Below are positions 58,149 to 64,000 of a stretch of 64,000 bases of DNA, piece after piece (within the stretch, counting starts at the first letter, position 1; every line of letters begins with the position of its first letter). Both the position numbers and the translations under genes were made by a program. The notes under the pieces were generated by a model. That model worked only from the letters and a program-made list of their open reading frames with translations, was not told the DNA's origin and did not search any database. The DNA is taken from the NCBI RefSeq assembly GCF_009914755.1, contig NC_060936.1. One strand, written 5' to 3'. Source of the stretch: the human T2T-CHM13v2.0 reference genome, Homo sapiens.

Positions 58149-60520
58149 GTAAGGACGGGCCTGCGGCAGTGGGCGGGGGCGACTGCCCCTGCTGCTGGGG
58201 AGAGTCGTTGCTCTCATCGGCTGGGTTACTCGGGGACAGGCTCCACTTTCTTTTATAGCTCCTACCTGCCCTTTTCCATGGCTCTCATTTGCAGTTACAT
58301 TAATGAGCGCTGTGCTGCGTGGTTTACGTGGATCATTTACATTAATACTCAAAACTGCTCGATTAAGCAGGTGCTGTTCTTATCGCCATTTTGCATATGA
58401 TGAGAAAGGGTAAGGTCACCCAGCTAGTATTTGGCTCACAGCAGGCCTTAAGACTTGGTTTGTGTGACTCATCAGTCCACGCTCCTAAAACCACTAAGTT
58501 GTTCTACCCTTTAATGTTGAATTAACATTGGATAGTGTTCAAGTTTAGATGGGTGGGTGAGGGCCCAAGGACCTTTCAAACTCAGATCTCTTATTTAATA
58601 ACCTGGTCCCAGATCCATTCCTCTGTCGAAGAGGAAGTCATCCTTCAGTGGCTATTCATTGTGGGGTTAAGAGCGCAGACTATGAATTCAGTCTTTTTGG
58701 GTCCCAGTTTGCCAGACCTTGAGTGAGTGCCCCGAGTTTACTTACTTGTAAAGGTAGGTGGAGGTAATATAATTAAATAAACTTAAAAAACTAATTAAAA
58801 ACAAAACAAATGAACTAAGGTCTTAGGATATCTGGCGTCTATTTTGCGCCAAATACACATAATGTCTATTGTTGTGTGTTGGACTATAGGATTGTCCTTT
58901 AACAGGGAAGGTTTTATTTCTGTAATCAAGTCTGTCAATATTATGACCATGTTGATAATAGCTACCTTTAATTGAGGGCTTACCATGTGCCAAGTACTAG
59001 GTGAAGTTTTTACCTCTGTTTTCACTGTGCCAGTCACTGACTTGTCTACCAGGGTGAAATTGTTCATATTTAAAGAAGGAATAAACTGAGCAGGTAGGAT
59101 GTTAGGAGTTGGCAGAGGCTAGAGTCCCGGTGTTCTTCATTTTATTTCGAAGTTTGTACTAATCTCTGCTCTCTTTTGTATTTCAGTCACATTAGCAGTA
59201 ATAGGAAGGTGTTTTCAGCGACAGTGGGGATGTTGTGGCAGAGAGGGAAATATTTGAAGTCCCTAAATGTGGAGGTCCAGTTTAAAACTTGTCAAGATTA
59301 AAAAAACTGTTTAGAGTGAGACCGGGCGCGGTGGCTCATGCCTGTAATCCGAACACTTTGGGAGGCTGAGGTGGGAGGATAGCTTGAGCCCAGGAGTTTC
59401 ACACCAGCTTGGGCAAGATAGTAAGACCCTCGTCTCCATAAGAAAAAAAAAAAATTAGCCGAGTGTGGTGGCACACACCTGTAACCCTACCTACTTGGAA
59501 GGGTAAGGTGGGAGGATCGCTTAAGCTCAAGGAAGTTGAGGCTGCGGTGAGCTATATCACGATACTGCATACCATCCAGCCTGGGTAACAGAGACCCCCA
59601 TCTCTAAACAGTAAAAAGAAAACTAAGGCTGACTTAAAACAAACAAAAAAAACAGAAAATTGTAAGGTCTGCTAACTCGCTCAGAGTTCACCTGCTGGAT
59701 ATGGCAAACTTGTTTACCTGGTGTGAGACCATTGGAGTATGGGTTCTCGGGCCGTGTCAGGAAATGGCATGTATGCAGACTGATTTTGCAGTTCTGCACA
59801 TGCGTAGCTTTGCCATAGATCCCTCAAAAGATAGAAGGTAACCAGTCCTTTTGGTCAGTGTTGGAACTGGTTTAGAGTGGTCTGTTCAAAGCAATTGATA
59901 AGTAAGTTTATTTTTGTACTCTATTCCCAGATGTATGTTAAGGATTTGGTTCTCCAACTGTGAATTCTCAACTAATTTTTCTGGGGCTCCTCTTTAAGCC
60001 ACTAACATACATTCATTAGTCAGTTGCAATAAATGCCTTAAGTTTATTTCTTAGCAGTAGGTGAAAGCTTGTGACAACTTAAAATAAAACAAACAAACAG
60101 GTATTTAAGGAATTTTACTGCTATGTCCTTCACTTTGAATATGTTGGTTAGTGGAATTAACTCTGATTACCCAACAAGATGATACAGAATTCTATAGTAG
60201 TTTGACCAAAGCAAGTATTTGTCATTGTTAACATTTCAAATGGGCTGGGTGGCTATAATCCCAGCACTTTGGGAGGCTGAGGCAGGCCGATTACTTGAGC
60301 CCAGGAGTTCGAGACCCTGTCCTACAAAAAAATAAATGAGCCGGGCGTGGTGGCACGCACCTGTAGTCCCAGCTGTGAAGAGGCTGAGGCAGGGGAGGAG
60401 GAAGAGCACTTAAACCCAGAAGTTCGAGGTTGCAGTGAGCCACGATCACTCCACTGCACTCTAGCCTGGGTGGCAGAGTGAGACCCCGTCTCAAAACAAG
60501 AAAACTTCTGTAAAAACTCA

Positions 60521-60800
<280 letters not shown>

Positions 60801-63325
60801 TCATGTAAAGGCCCTTTGTTAGATTTTACAAATAACACATATGTGCCTTGAGGCAGCATTCTTTTTTTTTTGTTTAATGTGTGTGTTAGAAAGCTTGACC
60901 ATGTTTGCCACCGCCAGTGTCTGCTTTTCTGGCTTCTGCTGTGCGTGTTCGTTTAGCAAGGAAGGATGGGCTTTGTAGCCAAATCCATGCTTCTTCACTA
61001 GCCATAATCCACTGCTTGCATTTAGGAACAAATTAAAAGGCAGGATATGTGGAGATTAAAAGGTTAGGAAACTGGATATTGGCTGATTTTTAAAGTTGAA
61101 ACTAAGCTGCCTTAGGAACGTAACAGCTAAGACCAGTGCTACTACAGCAGATACTCAGGAGCTCTGATGCAGTGACTTCACGATGAGATGGTTGCTCTAA
61201 CAAAAGGGTACACTCAAGCTCCGCATAATCCCATAAAAAGATTTCTGCAGTATCTCATAAGCTGAACACTTCATATACTTGATTCTGCTGGGAATCATTG
61301 AAAGGACCTCTTGAATTACAGAGTACTGAGTTGAGGGGAAAACAAGCGTAAGGTGAAAAGATAGTTTATCTTTTGTCAAGGTGAAAAGAGCAAGAGTTTT
61401 CAGTATTCAAATATTTAAGTCACTTTTTTTCTCCCCCTTTTCTACCTCGTGGAAGAAAGCCCTTTGGTTTCTATTCTGTAAACTGTCATTAATGGCCATT
61501 TGCTTCCTAGCTACATGATTAATTTCTTTGAGATTTTGTTCCAGTGGCTGGCTTAAATTTGCCCTTCATTTGTACACAGGAAATATGTAAATTTGGCTAC
61601 CAGGATTTTCTTGATCTTTCCGGCTAGAGTCGCATACCACAGTTTCTTTGCCTGGGCTAATTGCCTGAACATTTATATAACATTCCTTTTCTTGATTATA
61701 TTCCTACAGCTTCATTCCAGTAGTGTTAATAGGTATTTCTGAGAACATGCAGCAGTAAATATCCTGTGAATATAGCTCAGAGGAGAGAAGGTGGGTTAGA
61801 AAGTGGGGAAAGTCATTTAGAGGGAGCAAAGAAAGAGAGGCAAGAGAGAAGGTAGGCCGTTTATGGGCAGGCAGTGGACTCTGGCCAGGAACCAGGCTCT
61901 TGTCCCATCCCCCTGGGCCGATAGAACTGCCAGGGAGGTTAAGGGAAGGTCAGGTATTATGAGGCAGTTATTTTGAGGTTGGTGGTATGAAGCACTGCCC
62001 TGGCATTCTTCCTGTTATTCTGGTACCAGAAACCAGGTTACTAGTGGTAATCTGCCTTGAAGAATGCCTCTGAGCTGTAAATGGACCTGGAGATTTTAAT
62101 GGCTTTGAAAATTGAGGTGATTTGAAGCCTTCAGTAAAACCACTTAGAGAAATTAAAAGAATTTCAGGGCCCGTTGGCTGGATTCCTTGGTTTATATGGC
62201 TTCATTGGAAGTCTAGTGGGTGCTCTTGACAGGAACGCTTTGGATTTATTAATGATAGGCTTTCAAATCATAGTAAAACTGTGTGTCAGCCACTATGGTA
62301 GGCATTTTACAGAAGTTTTCTTTCTTAATCCTCATGATTCTATGAGGAAGTATGGTAGAATATTAGTCCTGTTTCACAGAAAAGAAAATAGAGGCTTAGC
62401 AGTGTTAAGAGTGATTTGTCCAAGTAAATTTTTATGAAGTCCTAGGCGGTATTTTTCAATAAGCTTTGTATAATCACACTTAGCAAGCAGATAACTTACT
62501 GGCATGTGCATCATTCCTGATACCACCTCTCTCTTCCTTTCATTCAGAATTACTAATTTCAGCTGGATTCAATTTGTTGTCAGTTGATTCTGTAGTAAGG
62601 CCATATGTTGCCCCTCTGGAGGTGCTTGTCAACTACTCTGGATGATGGGTAAGCAACTTGCTTGTGATTACAGCATGAATCAGCAGCAGAAACTTGCTGA
62701 CTGGTATTCTGACCTCTAGGCCGAGCCACCTGTTAGAACTAGAGCTAGAAATGAAGACGCCAAGTAATTTAACTGTGAAAAACTTGTGGCCCTTAATTTG
62801 GTAATGGGGGGAGGCTGAGATATACCTACTGCTACTTGGTGGAGACCTTTCCATTAGGGAAATGTGGAACAACTGAGAAGCTGGGTTAAGTTTTTAAGTC
62901 ATTTATTTGTCGACTCTGGAGCCTGAGTTTAGTGGTCTTGTCCATTTTGGAATGTGTCTTGACAGTAGTTCTTGGCAGTTGTTCTCAGTGGTGGCTGTGC
63001 ATCAGAATCTCCTCAGGAACTTTTTTTTTTCCCTCAAGACAGTCTTGCTCTGTCACCCAGGCTGGAGTTCAGTGGCGCGATCTCAGCTCACTTTAACCTC
63101 TGCCTTCCCGGTTTAAGCAATTCTTCTGCCTCAGCCTCCTGAGTAGCTGGATTGCAGGTGTCCACCACCACACCAGCCTAATTTTTGTATTTTTGGTAGA
63201 GATGGGTTTCGCCATGTTGGCCAGGCTGGTCTCAAACTCCTGACCTCATGAGGAACTTAAAAAAAAAAAAATAGGGGTGTGTGGGGCCCCTTCCTAGGAA
63301 TTTATTATCTTTTTTTTTTTTGTAG

Positions 63326-63466
<141 letters not shown>

Positions 63467-64000
63467 TGAACCCGTGGGTCCTGGGCATTCATAATTTAAA
63501 AAGTCTGTGCAAGTGATTCTGGTGTGCAGCCAGGATTGAGAACCACCACTCTGAGATTTAAAACTTCACCCATAGTTCCTTCTCCCAGGAACTTGATATT
63601 TTTTGTTTTCCAAAATCTAAAGTGGATCATCTTATCACTCCTGTTCTACCCTCGAGTTTTTCCCATGTATATCCTGGCAAGTTGTCCACAAAACATTTCA
63701 AAAATAATACTCTGAATTTTATCTCTGGGTCCCAGGCCTGATGGTACCTTCAACCTTTAGCTGCCTTTTGCCTGGGTCTAGAGATAAGAGCCAGTCTCTC
63801 ACTTGACATATCTGTCTTCATACCCTTAGGTAACTGGAAGACGAGAAACGAGTTGATTTTGGCAACTAAAATCACTAATCATGATGTGGTCAGTTGTTAT
63901 GTGTTTTGGAAATGAGCAGTTTACTGTCTTATCAGTGAGCATTTCTGTAAGCATTATGAAACTGTTTCCTTGCCAGTGTGGTAATAAGTGAAGAAATGAA

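Larger units (their letters stand above)
57440..58240 (+). promoter_or_regulatory. RNF10: RNF10 promoter/CpG island with ETS-like, ZNF143/THAP11-type and TATA-like elements
   Basis: CCGGATGT 57453-57460; ACTACATTTCCCAGAATAC 57469-57487; TATATATA 57504-57511, implying a TSS near 57535. Confidence 0.8.

Overview
Human (primate) genomic DNA, very Alu-dense, recognisable from the translated exons as the DYNLL1-COQ5-RNF10 neighbourhood (chr12q24.31 from memory, not computed). It holds the complete 89-aa DYNLL1 CDS (+, 2 coding exons), the complete 327-aa COQ5 CDS (-, 7 exons, 984 nt, all GT-AG and phase-consistent) and exon 1 plus part of intron 1 of RNF10 (+). The antisense lncRNA NRAV/DYNLL1-AS1 probably lies left of the DYNLL1 CpG island. 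Retrocopies: an Alu-interrupted RPL29 processed pseudogene and Y4, U6 and tRNA-Asp 5'-fragment copies, each with a visible target-site duplication (TSD). LTR, Tigger, MER20, L2 and MIR relics are also present. Almost all ORF-track entries are Alu translations. I see no wholly new gene system. The best candidates for under-described biology are: the RNF10 leader (3-codon uORF, stop-start overlap and 86-aa overlapping uORF, ATF4-like); a candidate RNF10 intron-1 exon with a TGATG stop-restart; a 23-nt inverted templated patch inside an Alu; a polyadenylated 22-nt tRNA-Asp fragment retrocopy; and a 140-bp direct duplication flanking COQ5 exon 4. Repeat subfamily names are from recall of consensus sequences and need RepeatMasker/Dfam confirmation.
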